From a virus (taxonomy: Duplodnaviria > Caudoviricetes), in IMG/VR virus record IMGVR_UViG_3300044712_000363, positions 2,066 through 66,065 of that record: DNA of 64,000 nt, one strand, 5' to 3'. This document shows positions 28,184 through 37,741 of this stretch, one piece after another. The notes beneath the pieces were generated by a model. The model had not been told where the DNA came from, searched no databases, and saw only the letters and a list, made by a program, of their open reading frames with translations. The translations under genes were made by a program, and so were the position numbers. Positions within the stretch are counted from its first letter, which is position 1. The number at the start of each line of letters is the position of its first letter.

Positions 28184-29163
28184 TAAGTACTCGCCCCCGA
28201 GAACAGATAACCGAGGTCAGTGGCAATGACTTTCATGTCATAAGCCATTTCTCCCTCGATCCTGTCACATTTGGTCAGGTCATTACGAATCCGGCTAATG
28301 GTCACACCATTGGCATTTCTGCCGCCGTATCCAGACCATGCGAAGATATAGCCGGCGGTAGGAGCCAGCAGTGAAGGAGTGGGTGCGGTATAGCAAAGCA
28401 GAGCATATTTGCCGAGTACTTGACTGAAACTGTTGGCCGCGCCCTCGACGCCGGTGTTGTAAACTGCATCCATGACGACAAGTTTCTGCAAACCGAATAC
28501 TTGAGCGACAAGGTCCTGGGTGATGATGCCTTTTTGGGTGTACTTAATACGTTCCAAAATGTCGGGGTGGTCTTTAAGCACGTCCCATACTTCGCCGCCC
28601 ATAACAAGGGCATTGGGTTTATAACCGGTATTGGTTTTGATGGTTCTTGCGCCCGTGGTAACATCTTTTACGGGATCGGATGTGGCGTAATTGGACCATG
28701 CAGTGAAATCCGTGCCGCCGGTGTACGTGGTGTCCCATGTTCCTGAACTCAGGAAGTGGGTAACAAAATCACGTTCGCGGCGAAGCAGCAGCCGCTGCGT
28801 GACGAACTCGGTGGCGTCCCGGTCACTGTTGATTCCTGCGTCCTCATTGGCCCTGACCATGTCTGGAATGTCTTTATGAATACCATATACTGCGCAGGAA
28901 TAGGTGTCGGTGGAATTCAGCGTAAAGCCGGACCCTACAGTCTCGCCGGCAGGCGGACGGACATCTGCCTCATCTCTAAACCAGCACCCTTTCGGATAAT
29001 TGAAGTAGCGGTCAGTCTGTTTCTGCACCGGTACGACGGGGAAAATATCTGCAGCCCTATATTCGGACTGATTTTGAATATAGGCAACGGATATATTGGT
29101 TAGCGGCGTATTGACATGCACGTCGCTTGCGGTAGGTTGACTTTTGCGAATCGCAAATTGCAT
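28183..29163 (-). CDS. major capsid protein
   Basis: 326 aa; HVNTPLTNISVAY, FPVVPV, LKDHP.I.ERIKY; follows scaffold and cement genes. Confidence 0.9.
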   Translation of the reverse strand: MQFAIRKSQPTASDVHVNTPLTNISVAYIQNQSEYRAADIFPVVPVQKQTDRYFNYPKGCWFRDEADVRPPAGETVGSGFTLNSTDTYSCAVYGIHKDIPDMVRANEDAGINSDRDATEFVTQRLLLRRERDFVTHFLSSGTWDTTYTGGTDFTAWSNYATSDPVKDVTTGARTIKTNTGYKPNALVMGGEVWDVLKDHPDILERIKYTQKGIITQDLVAQVFGLQKLVVMDAVYNTGVEGAANSFSQVLGKYALLCYTAPTPSLLAPTAGYIFAWSGYGGRNANGVTISRIRNDLTKCDRIEGEMAYDMKVIATDLGYLFSGAST

Positions 29164-29187
29164 TTATATCAACTCCTTATTGTTTAT

Positions 29188-29598
29188 TTAAGCGGTGGCC
29201 CGGTAGTAAAGCGGGGTTGCACAGTTGATGAATGCTGTGCCGATTTCGGTACTAGCCCCGCCTTGGATGACTTGGCCGAAGCCGTATTCTCCAGAATCGC
29301 TTGATGCGAGTACCGGGTCCCATTGAACAATGGTTCCGAGGCTGGAATTACCAATTAACTGGCCATAGGTCAGTGTCTCGCCGAATTTAACCTTGGTAAT
29401 ACCGAACACGCAAACTGCGGCAGCATCTCCAGCAGCAGACGGCTTATTCTGCAGAATCCCAAACGGGGTTGCAGTGGTGGACGAAGCCAGACTCACTGTG
29501 TTTTCGGTGGACAGGTAGACTACACAATACTGGGACGTGGACAAGTCAGCAGCGGCACTTATGCCGGGTGCGATGATTTGGAAACCTTCATATGCCAT
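29188..29598 (-). CDS. capsid cement/decoration protein (DUF2190-like)
   Basis: AAADL...Y..V, GILQNKP, V...GITKV; upstream of capsid gene. Confidence 0.75.
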   Translation of the reverse strand: MAYEGFQIIAPGISAAADLSTSQYCVVYLSTENTVSLASSTTATPFGILQNKPSAAGDAAAVCVFGITKVKFGETLTYGQLIGNSSLGTIVQWDPVLASSDSGEYGFGQVIQGGASTEIGTAFINCATPLYYRATA

Positions 29599-29659
29599 GT
29601 ATGACACCTCCATTTTTGCATTAAAAAAACGCTCATCTGAGCGCCGTGTTAGGGGCTAT

Positions 29660-30784
29660 TTAATTGGATCGTTTTTGCCGGTTGTACTCGTCGTATAGTC
29701 CGGGATTTTGTTCCAGTGCCTTGTTATAGGCGACTTCATAACTTACTTTGTCTTTTTCCTGGATACCTTTTGCGAGTTTCTCCAGTTGGGCCTCGGCGTC
29801 ATTTTCGGGTAATTGCCCGCCGCCGAGTTCTTTCATGAGAATAAGTTTGTTTTCGGCATGTACGCCTTTGTTAGTGTCGAGCATTTTGATCAGTTCGGCG
29901 TATTGGTCGGGGGCCTTTTGATTAAGGTCCTTCAACAGTTTACCAAATGCCGCGACTTCCACGCCAGGGAGGTCCTTGTACTGCTTGGCGACTTCTTCAA
30001 ATTCTTTGGTAATGCGCTGGTCTTTTTCGACCTCCAGTGCTTTGGCCAAAGTTTCATTGGTTTTGGCCATATCCTCCAGTTTCTTCTGGATGGCTTCCAT
30101 GTCCGGGGCGGATTTCTTGACATCCTCCACGGCTTTAGTGACAGCCTCTTTGACTTGTTTTTCCATGTCGGCTTTTAGCGCCGCTTGCTGATCCTCTGTA
30201 AGGGATTTCATGAATTCATCATAGGTCACAGTATCATCTCCTTTTTTAACTTTGGGTTTACAGCCTTCTTTTATAGGTTCTTGCATGCCCTCTTCCATGC
30301 CCATTAGTTCTTTGAGGGCTTGCATAGCGGCTTCGATTTTTTGGCGGTTGGCGGCGGAAATCTTTTTGCCAGCTTTGGACACATCCTCGGATATTGCTTC
30401 CAGTGCGGTAAGTGCGCCTTCGGCTTTCATCGTGTCGACCATCATTGGGATGATGGGTTTTGCCATACTTATAAACTGCATACAAGTCTGCATAAGTAGA
30501 GTTCCTTGGTCGGCTTCCTCATCGGCAAGGATAGATTGCACACTGTCCTGGAACCTACTGCATAATTGCCACCAGTCGACCCTAGCCTCTTCTGCTTGGA
30601 CAACTTGGTCGAGCGTCATGGCTTTGGTAAAAGCGTTCTTGACGCCTTCAACAACTCTTTGGAAAAACGGTTTTTTCACATCATCACCGTCCTGTTTGAA
30701 AAGGACTATCTTGGCTAGGGGATTTTTCCCTCGCTGGCAAATTGTCCCTTCCGTAATCTCCATTTCGGTCAATTTTGTTGTCAA
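29660..30784 (-). CDS. capsid scaffolding protein
   Basis: Coiled coil, C-terminal YEVAYNKALEQNPGLY. Confidence 0.75.
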   Translation of the reverse strand: MTTKLTEMEITEGTICQRGKNPLAKIVLFKQDGDDVKKPFFQRVVEGVKNAFTKAMTLDQVVQAEEARVDWWQLCSRFQDSVQSILADEEADQGTLLMQTCMQFISMAKPIIPMMVDTMKAEGALTALEAISEDVSKAGKKISAANRQKIEAAMQALKELMGMEEGMQEPIKEGCKPKVKKGDDTVTYDEFMKSLTEDQQAALKADMEKQVKEAVTKAVEDVKKSAPDMEAIQKKLEDMAKTNETLAKALEVEKDQRITKEFEEVAKQYKDLPGVEVAAFGKLLKDLNQKAPDQYAELIKMLDTNKGVHAENKLILMKELGGGQLPENDAEAQLEKLAKGIQEKDKVSYEVAYNKALEQNPGLYDEYNRQKRSN

Positions 30785-30802
30785 CTGTTCTCACCTCCTT
30801 AT

Positions 30803-31420
30803 TTACTCTTCAATTATTTCACGGCGACCCTTGCCGCCAATGGAGAACGAGTTATAATGGCCCCCTTTAACGAGATCCCATGCATCAGATTTTGTTATGT
30901 GATAGCCTACCCACCAGCCACAGCAAGGTAATATCCCTTCCGGTATCCCCAAAGCGGCGATTTTCTCCTTAGTAAAAACCATGGATTCCACGAGATCGCC
31001 AATTAATTCTTCGTGGTTTTCCCCAGCTTTTCGGAATTTGAGAACGTGATTATATGCGGCCCTTTCGAGTTCATTTGGTTCAATTATGTCATTGTCAGCA
31101 TCCACCACAACGTTGCCCTGTGCATCCGTTGCTATGCTCAACCATCCAAACACCATCTGCATGTCCTGGTCAACCTTCGATATTTCAAACTCCCGCCGCC
31201 ATTCCTCACTCTTCTTGGCCCAGTTCCCTTCCGTGTCCTGATGATACCCGGCGTTTTCTAATGCTCCATATGCCTGGGCAAAGGCCGTGGAATCGGTTTC
31301 GCCTTCCTGGGCTATGACATCGTTGAATACCTCGCGGAATATACTCTGCGCTGCCGTGGGCATTGCTTCGCGCACTCGCGGGGGAAGGTCACTATTCGTT
31401 TTATAGGGCAAATTGATCAC
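30803..31420 (-). CDS. ChaB domain fused to XkdF-like prohead protease
   Basis: PYKTNSDLP..VR...P..AQ.IFR..FN (ChaB); VDADNDII, LVES, YNSFSIGG (XkdF). Confidence 0.8.
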   Translation of the reverse strand: MINLPYKTNSDLPPRVREAMPTAAQSIFREVFNDVIAQEGETDSTAFAQAYGALENAGYHQDTEGNWAKKSEEWRREFEISKVDQDMQMVFGWLSIATDAQGNVVVDADNDIIEPNELERAAYNHVLKFRKAGENHEELIGDLVESMVFTKEKIAALGIPEGILPCCGWWVGYHITKSDAWDLVKGGHYNSFSIGGKGRREIIEE

Positions 31421-31432
31421 CTCCTAAAATAG

Positions 31433-31469
31433 AAAAAGACCCGCCTACCGATTAAGGTAGACGGGTTTC
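31433..31469. terminator. bidirectional terminator
   Basis: ACCCG-CTACC/GGTAG-CGGGT stem flanked by A- and T-runs. Confidence 0.7.
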
Positions 31470-31510
31470 TGGAACCTCAAAAAATATTTACTTTTGTTTG
31501 ATTATTTTGC

Positions 31511-31539
31511 TTGCAATACATTCTATAGTATGCTATAAT
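31511..31539 (+). promoter_or_regulatory. sigma-A promoter of antisense moron
   Basis: TTGCAA-17-TATAAT with extended TG; near-palindrome CATTCTATAGTATG in spacer. Confidence 0.8.
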
Positions 31540-31561
31540 AAAGACAAGATAAAGAACGGGA

Positions 31562-31777
31562 GTGATTGAAATGAAAAGAATGAGCAAAGAAGAGTTTAAA
31601 AACCTTCCCCAATTACTACAAGAAGAAATTAAAGCTACTTTTCGTAAAACGACTGCCGATCACTATAACATCGAGCATAAGTGGGGTTGCTGGGGTTCTT
31701 GCGAAGATGACGAAATTGATGACTTGTACGACCATGAATATGTTGGTACTGTATTTAAAGAGGACATAAATGACTAG
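31562..31777 (+). CDS. small acidic protein
   Basis: About 70 aa, D/E-rich C-half, GGGAGTG RBS. Confidence 0.7.
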   Translation: MIEMKRMSKEEFKNLPQLLQEEIKATFRKTTADHYNIEHKWGCWGSCEDDEIDDLYDHEYVGTVFKEDIND

Positions 31778-31937
31778 AGGCGGCGCAAGACCAGGGGCCG
31801 GACGCAAACCCGGCTCCCTCAAAAAAACACCATTTACAGACCGAACGGAGCAATTAGGCAAGCGGATCACAAAAGAGGAAAAGGCCGCTTTAGAGGCACA
31901 TTTAAAGAGGATGAGAGGAGCGAAGAAAAATGTTTAA
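31770..31937 (+). CDS. 55-aa basic DNA-binding protein (not in ORF track)
   Basis: MTRGGARPGAGRKPGSLKKTPFTDRTEQLGKRITKEEKAALEAHLKRMRGAKKNV; overlaps both neighbours. Confidence 0.7.
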   Translation: MTRGGARPGAGRKPGSLKKTPFTDRTEQLGKRITKEEKAALEAHLKRMRGAKKNV

Positions 31938-32238
31938 AATCCAAGCCTACACAACGGCAGGTAATTACCCAAACGAAAGAAAGCTTGATGACGATTACGC
32001 ATTACATGCCAACGTCGAAAGCGCGAAAGAGTTTGACGAATTTATCCAAAAAAATCTACATCCTGAAGTGTACCAAGTATTGAAAGTTCCCGATGAAAAA
32101 TCAATTTGCGGGTACAGTTGGAAAAGTGGATTTTTGACATGTAGACTAGAATTAGACTGTTATAATTGCAATCATCGGCCAGGATGTGAAGCAAACGACG
32201 GCATGTGTTATCACGAAATCGAGGAAGCCTCCCACTAA
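31930..32238 (+). CDS. Cys-rich hypothetical protein
   Basis: C-terminal CRLELDCYNCNHRPGC...C. Confidence 0.7.
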   Translation: MFKIQAYTTAGNYPNERKLDDDYALHANVESAKEFDEFIQKNLHPEVYQVLKVPDEKSICGYSWKSGFLTCRLELDCYNCNHRPGCEANDGMCYHEIEEASH

Positions 32239-32253
32239 GGGAGGTTTTTCTTT
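32226..32253 (+). terminator. terminator of moron
   Basis: GCCTCCC-ACTAA-GGGAGGT-TTTTCTTT. Confidence 0.8.
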
Positions 32254-32263
32254 ACCCCTCTAC

Positions 32264-32286
32264 AAAGCCCCGGCAATCGCCGGGGC
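32264..32286 (-). terminator. terminator ending sugar cluster
   Basis: GCCCCGGC-GATT-GCCGGGGC-TTT on -. Confidence 0.6.
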
Positions 32287-32344
32287 CAGCAAAGGGAAAG
32301 GAGGAAAGGAGGTATTGAGTCAGCAGTTTCCTGCTAATTAGCGT

Positions 32345-32563
32345 TTAGAAATCAGTTATAACTTTTAGAAACTTACCTTCCATTGTAAACTTAAAGGTAG
32401 TCCATTCTTCGCTTGCTTCTTCTGATTTTTCGCCTCGGATAAAATATAATTCTAATGTGCGTTCAAAGTCTAAATGCGCTAAGTTATTTACAATTTCATA
32501 GCTTATCCCTAATTCGTCGAATAAGTCTCTGACTTTTTTTAAATCAGATTTAAAATCAAGCAC
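32345..32563 (-). CDS. hypothetical protein
   Basis: 72 aa overlapping radical SAM stop. Confidence 0.6.
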   Translation of the reverse strand: MLDFKSDLKKVRDLFDELGISYEIVNNLAHLDFERTLELYFIRGEKSEEASEEWTTFKFTMEGKFLKVITDF

Positions 32564-33995
32564 GGCTCTTGGCCTCCTCTAACGCTTTACGCGCAAAATC
32601 TAAATGTGGGTACATGTCCACTACAGCCCCAAACAACCTGCAAGCCTTGGCCGGACAATTTTCCGTGTTCCAATTATGCAAGAAATTGGTTTCAATGTTT
32701 GCCCTTTCCTTTGCTTCAGTCAAGTATTCATGGGTAAACGCTTGGTTCTTCAGCATGGGACTATAAAAAGAGCGTAGCGGATCGAAATCGTTCGGATCAA
32801 GCCACCCTCTGTCTATACATGTTTGGTATATCTCGGTTCCCGGTAACGGGCTGAATACGAAGAAATGGCTCCAATCCAGTTCCAGGGACTTTGCAAACTC
32901 AATAGTATTTTCTATGTCAACCTTTCCTTCGCCGGGAAATCCCAAAATAAAAAAGCCCCGGACATCCATGCCGAGACTTCTTATTTTGTCCACCATCGGC
33001 TTTACCTTCGCCAGATTGATCGGTTTTTTCATGATCTTAGTACAAATGTCCTGGTTCCCGTTTTCGATGGCAAGGGAGACAGAATAACAGCCGGATGCGG
33101 CCATTTTTTCAAGGAGTTCGTCGTCGAGGCAAGAGACAGCCATGCCGCTGGGGACGGTCCAGGTTAAACCGTAGTTTCGTTCAATCAGTCCGTCGAAGAT
33201 TTGTATGGCCCGCGCTCTGTCGCCGGTGAGATTGTCGTCCTCGAAGTGGATCTCGCGTATGCCGTATTGGTTGACGAGAAAGTCTATTTCGGATAGGACG
33301 GACACGGCGGAACGGTATCGCGGCTTTTTGCCCCAGTGATTGGCAATACTGCAGAAGGAACACGCGAATTTGCATCCTCGGGAAGTGATCATGGTCATAA
33401 AGGGTTTTTGCTTGTACCCTGCATGGCCGACGGCAAGGTCAAAGTATTTTTGCATGGGGAGAAGATGATAGGCAGGGAAAGGAATGGTGTCGAGGTTTTC
33501 AATGGGTCGCGGTCTTGAAAATCCGTGGTTTATGATGTCTAATATTGCTTGTTCCCCGTCGCCGCGAATGACGTAATCTACCGAATAGCCACGAAACTTC
33601 AATATTTTTTCTTTGTTGGTTCCTGCCCATGCTCCGCCGATAACTGTGCTAATATTTCTATTAACTTCTTTTGCTAGGCCGCAAACATATACGGCATCTC
33701 GTTCCATAGCCGAGAAAAGGCATGATACCCCAACACAATCAGGATTATATTCCCGGATTCTTTTTATTATTTCGTGGTCCGAAAGGCCATAGCGAATTGT
33801 ATAACCTTTTTTTTGAGTTATTCCCTGCAAATCCCCCTCAATCAAAGCATCGAGAATCCTTACCTCATGCCCTGCTTTTTCGAGTGCTGCGGCGACGTAG
33901 GCAAGTCCAAGGGGAATGAATGGGGAAACTCGGACGATAGATGCGTCAAAACCCACCGGCCTTGTGACCGGCGGGGATATAAGTAACACTTTCAC
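32556..33995 (-). CDS. B12-binding radical SAM enzyme
   Basis: PLGLAYVAAAL cobalamin domain; TSRGCKFACSFC; FEDDN; FILGFPGE. Confidence 0.93.
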   Translation of the reverse strand: MKVLLISPPVTRPVGFDASIVRVSPFIPLGLAYVAAALEKAGHEVRILDALIEGDLQGITQKKGYTIRYGLSDHEIIKRIREYNPDCVGVSCLFSAMERDAVYVCGLAKEVNRNISTVIGGAWAGTNKEKILKFRGYSVDYVIRGDGEQAILDIINHGFSRPRPIENLDTIPFPAYHLLPMQKYFDLAVGHAGYKQKPFMTMITSRGCKFACSFCSIANHWGKKPRYRSAVSVLSEIDFLVNQYGIREIHFEDDNLTGDRARAIQIFDGLIERNYGLTWTVPSGMAVSCLDDELLEKMAASGCYSVSLAIENGNQDICTKIMKKPINLAKVKPMVDKIRSLGMDVRGFFILGFPGEGKVDIENTIEFAKSLELDWSHFFVFSPLPGTEIYQTCIDRGWLDPNDFDPLRSFYSPMLKNQAFTHEYLTEAKERANIETNFLHNWNTENCPAKACRLFGAVVDMYPHLDFARKALEEAKSRA

Positions 33996-33999
33996 GGAG

Positions 34000-35136
34000 T
34001 TAGCCTCCTAAAAGAATTTTCTTAAAAAGTAAATTCGGGTCCTCGATATTCTCCTTAATCACCTGAACTATTCTCTTGCTGGGCAAATCGTCAGGCAATA
34101 CCATCCCGCCGTCTGCAGATCCTAGTGCTTCTTTTATGTGTTGCACAAGTTCATCGACATCATATACAGTATTAATAACCGACGGATAGTGTTGCCGGCC
34201 ACTTTGCCTACTACCTATATTTATGGTTCTGTGTCCCGTGAACGGGTATTCAATCACTCCGCAGGAAGAATTGCCTATCATGAATGCAGATTGCTGCATC
34301 AGGCTTTGGAATAGTTGGTTTTCGAGATTTGTGAATGCTTTGCAGTTGTCGTGTGTCCAGCAATATTCATTTATGGCATTGATAATGGTATTTGATTCTA
34401 ACTCGGCGCATGGTTGCACAAAAACAGTCTGTTGGTTTATCCTATCCAACGCGCTAAGAATAGGATTAATTTGACCCTCTACACTTAATGATTGAACGGT
34501 CAAACATCTTTTATCTTGATAGTTTACTTTTGGCTCAATCGAAGGGTAATAGATGCACAACGCCGTCGGAATGCTTAAATCAAGCCCTATGGCCTTGCTA
34601 GTTTCCTCCAGGGATAGTTTCGGAGTCCGGGCGACGTTCTCAAGTCCGCATTGGCCTACGATGTGGACTCGCTCCGGTTGTTCCCCGGATTGAATGAGGT
34701 TTTTCGCGGCATAATGGTCGCTGACTAGGTGCAGATGGGCAAAACGACTTAAAGCATAGCGGTATAAGTTGTCCCGGCTGCCGTCTGTGATTTCGCCGTC
34801 ACCGATTAATGCAATAGGTATGTCGCGAAGATTTGCGGCCAGGGCAATCGGAACCAGCTCCACCCTGTCTCCGTTTAGGATGAGCATGTCGGGTTTTATA
34901 TCCAACAATGCTCCCGAAACATCTCGCAATACATGCGAGAGGTTAAAACAAGCCGTTTGAAAGTCTCTAGCATCATAATTGCGAATATAATATGCCGGCA
35001 TATCAATCTCGCCCTTGGGTATCCATCCAGTGATTAAAGATAGGTCAAACTCCGGATCATCACGAAGGGCCTGTATGACATAGCGGGAGGCGTTTAGTTC
35101 GCTTCTTTGCGTTGTGACCCATGCTATTTTTTTCAT
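34000..35136 (-). CDS. neuC: UDP-GlcNAc 2-epimerase, hydrolysing (NeuC/LegG type)
   Basis: TTQRSE, GDRVE, D...R...S..AHLH, GNSSCG.IE, NIGSRQ.GR. Confidence 0.85.
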   Translation of the reverse strand: MKKIAWVTTQRSELNASRYVIQALRDDPEFDLSLITGWIPKGEIDMPAYYIRNYDARDFQTACFNLSHVLRDVSGALLDIKPDMLILNGDRVELVPIALAANLRDIPIALIGDGEITDGSRDNLYRYALSRFAHLHLVSDHYAAKNLIQSGEQPERVHIVGQCGLENVARTPKLSLEETSKAIGLDLSIPTALCIYYPSIEPKVNYQDKRCLTVQSLSVEGQINPILSALDRINQQTVFVQPCAELESNTIINAINEYCWTHDNCKAFTNLENQLFQSLMQQSAFMIGNSSCGVIEYPFTGHRTINIGSRQSGRQHYPSVINTVYDVDELVQHIKEALGSADGGMVLPDDLPSKRIVQVIKENIEDPNLLFKKILLGG

Positions 35137-35432
35137 GCTTCACCATCTAATACTTTTTGCTTAAACTTAGTTAAAAACTTATGTAGTTCGCTTTTTGTTG
35201 TAACCATTATATCCATGCCATACGTTAATCTATTTTCATTCTCGAATACCGATTTAGTAACAGTGAAAGTATTGTATATACCTTCTGCTATTTTATAAGC
35301 TATATTGCTTTTTGCTGTGTTTTCATGTTTTCTTGCCTCTTCTTCTGTGTATTCGTTATATCTATCAAGATCGATATCGCAATAAGTTTCTATGGACAAA
35401 AAATGTTTATCCAAGTCAATATTTTTAAACAT
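35133..35432 (-). CDS. hypothetical protein
   Basis: 99 aa, AT-rich, coupled overlaps. Confidence 0.6.
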   Translation of the reverse strand: MFKNIDLDKHFLSIETYCDIDLDRYNEYTEEEARKHENTAKSNIAYKIAEGIYNTFTVTKSVFENENRLTYGMDIMVTTKSELHKFLTKFKQKVLDGEA

Positions 35433-36241
35433 TAAACGCTCCCCCTCGCCGTGTAATATTCCAATTCCAAATTCCCGAATTTCTTCTTAAACCGGTGCAA
35501 CGAGTCATCCTCAGCAAGTCCCCCGCCGAAATGTACTAACTTGACTCCTCGCCCTTGGTAATAGTGGCATGCCTCACTGATTAACCTTTCCATCGGGTAC
35601 AGGTGGGCATATTCGATGTCCATGCCGCTGAATTGGTAGTGGGCCGTATATTTGTCGTGCAGGAAGGTTGCGGCGGCGATTATTTTTTCATCACAGTCCA
35701 TTATTGTGAATAAATCAATACTATCTTTAAGATGAGCGAACATTCTTGAGAAATAAATTAGATTATATTTATAACAACGTTCAGTTTGATTTCTTTCCAT
35801 AGTTTCAATATAAAGCCTATGAAAATTAAAAAATGGGTTGCGGTCATCTGGAAATTCATATAATAGTTCGTATCCGTGAAATATTCTATCGTCACAATCA
35901 GATTCCATATTCTTCTTAATCGATGACTTTGTCCCATGCCCCCACCGGATCGGCATCGATAAGTCCCGAGCCACGGTATGGCGGCTAAATACAGCGTTCG
36001 GAAAATCAATATGGTTTCTCAGCCAGGGCGTAAACCGGATAAGGTATTCTTTGGCCCCTGCCGCCTTTAAATCGTTGATAAAGTCGAAAGGGCAAAAGTC
36101 CTGAGTCGGCCCACCGTAGGAGTTATTTGGCGTGTAGGCCAGTCCGTCACGCAATAAAAGAGGCATGCCGCCAGCCGTTATAATTTCGGCCCCGTCATGC
36201 CATGCCTGGAACTGCATATATTGTTTTGTTTGATAGATCAT
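35432..36241 (-). CDS. FemAB-like GNAT acyltransferase
   Basis: YGGP, F..LY.ETM.R, AHYQFSG, HFGGG....DSL..FKKKFG. Confidence 0.8.
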   Translation of the reverse strand: MIYQTKQYMQFQAWHDGAEIITAGGMPLLLRDGLAYTPNNSYGGPTQDFCPFDFINDLKAAGAKEYLIRFTPWLRNHIDFPNAVFSRHTVARDLSMPIRWGHGTKSSIKKNMESDCDDRIFHGYELLYEFPDDRNPFFNFHRLYIETMERNQTERCYKYNLIYFSRMFAHLKDSIDLFTIMDCDEKIIAAATFLHDKYTAHYQFSGMDIEYAHLYPMERLISEACHYYQGRGVKLVHFGGGLAEDDSLHRFKKKFGNLELEYYTARGSV

Positions 36242-36245
36242 GGAG

Positions 36246-36512
36246 TCACGCTCCTTTCAATGTATAAAGCTTCTCGACCCTAGCCAATAGTGCCGCAGGA
36301 CTGCTATTATAAAGCAATCCGTCGCATTCCATTATTGCATCTATTAGCAGTTTCATTTTGGCTTGATACCACCATTCCCAGATCATGAACAATTCGCCGG
36401 TGGGACTGTAGTTCCAAATTTCATCTGCCGTTGGATTCGTGCCGTCATTTTTGATCAGTACCTTTGACTTTTCGATGATTGTACAGACTCTTTTTAATGT
36501 CAAGCCTTTCAT
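36246..36512 (-). CDS. hypothetical protein
   Basis: 88-aa ORF in sugar cluster. Confidence 0.6.
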   Translation of the reverse strand: MKGLTLKRVCTIIEKSKVLIKNDGTNPTADEIWNYSPTGELFMIWEWWYQAKMKLLIDAIMECDGLLYNSSPAALLARVEKLYTLKGA

Positions 36513-36527
36513 GCGGAAGCATGCTCC

Positions 36528-36719
36528 TTATTGTATTTTCCGGTAGTTAATAATAACAGTAGATCTTCCATTGGGCTTTCTCTCTATGTACCCACGATCG
36601 CGCCCTAGAACACTAATACCTTCCTCTATTGATACATGGGTAATCCCGATTTCTCCTGACTCCGCCTGTTCAATTATTTTCTTTAAACACTCAATGGCTT
36701 TGGGATCAAATTCATCCAC
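36528..36719 (-). CDS. hypothetical protein
   Basis: 63-aa ORF with AGGAG RBS. Confidence 0.55.
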   Translation of the reverse strand: MDEFDPKAIECLKKIIEQAESGEIGITHVSIEEGISVLGRDRGYIERKPNGRSTVIINYRKIQ

Positions 36720-36723
36720 AGAG

Positions 36724-37533
36724 TCAAACTCCTTTCAACCTATACAAATCCCTAACCTGCAATTCCCTTTCACACGGCTGTTTGATACCATTCCCCATGG
36801 CCGCTTCAACATTTCTGATCGCCTGCACCATTTGCTTAAACTCGCCGGGCTCTAATGATGCCGCATGATCCGGGCCGGGAAGGTTCCTGTTCAATGTCAG
36901 ATGTTTCTCGATAACCGTTGCGCCAAGTGCCACGGCTGCAATCGGGATTTCAATGCCGGGGGTATGGTCGGAGAGGCCAGTATACCATGTAAATTCATCT
37001 TTCATTTGCTTTATTGCGTTAAGATTGACTTCTTCGTACTTGGTAGGGTATAAAGAAATGCAATGTAATAACTGCACCCATCGAACGCCCGGACGGCATA
37101 AAAGATCAAGTGCTTCTCTAATTTCTTTTTTACTGCCCATACCCGTTGATAAGATAATTGGTTTGTTTTTAGTTGCAACCTTCTCCAAAAATGATTTATT
37201 TGTCAGATTTCCGCTGCCAATCTTTATGATTTCTATGTCCATCTCATCAACCAGGAAATCAAGGCTTTCCTCGTCGTCCGGTGTGGATAGGAACATGATC
37301 CCGATGTCGTCGCAGTATTGCTTCACATTGCGGAAGAAGTCGAACGGCATTTCCAAGTCCTTTAGCATTTGATACCGGGGATGGTCGGGGGGGAGGATTT
37401 TATCGGTGACCCACGTTTGGAACTTGGCCGCTGAAGCCCCGGCTTCTTTGGCTAGATCACAAAGGGTGTATGCCATATCGAGGGATTTATTAAAATTTAC
37501 GCCTATTTCTGCAATTATAAAAGTGTTCGGCAA
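36724..37533 (-). CDS. neuB: nonulosonic acid synthase (NeuB/LegI/PseI family), lacking SAF domain
   Basis: IIAEIGVN, KFQT, KIGSG, ILSTGM, LHC.S.YP, GLSDHT, IEKH.TL, GPDH.ASL. Confidence 0.93.
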   Translation of the reverse strand: MPNTFIIAEIGVNFNKSLDMAYTLCDLAKEAGASAAKFQTWVTDKILPPDHPRYQMLKDLEMPFDFFRNVKQYCDDIGIMFLSTPDDEESLDFLVDEMDIEIIKIGSGNLTNKSFLEKVATKNKPIILSTGMGSKKEIREALDLLCRPGVRWVQLLHCISLYPTKYEEVNLNAIKQMKDEFTWYTGLSDHTPGIEIPIAAVALGATVIEKHLTLNRNLPGPDHAASLEPGEFKQMVQAIRNVEAAMGNGIKQPCERELQVRDLYRLKGV

Positions 37534-37534
37534 T

Positions 37535-37741
37535 TTAATCGCTCCTTTTCAATGTTTGCCATTCTCCGTTGCCAATACGGTATTTCGTATGCTTTCGTAT
37601 CTTTTGCATCATCCAATCCACGGCTTCTTCGGGTTTAACGATTCTTAAAAGAACCAAAAGCGCCATAAACCAGCTGAACAATTTGAGTCTTATTGTCGGG
37701 CTTTTTATAGTCATTTTGAGAGTCGCATCTTTTATAGTCAT
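37535..37741 (-). CDS. small hydrophobic protein
   Basis: 68 aa with one hydrophobic stretch. Confidence 0.5.
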   Translation of the reverse strand: MTIKDATLKMTIKSPTIRLKLFSWFMALLVLLRIVKPEEAVDWMMQKIRKHTKYRIGNGEWQTLKRSD

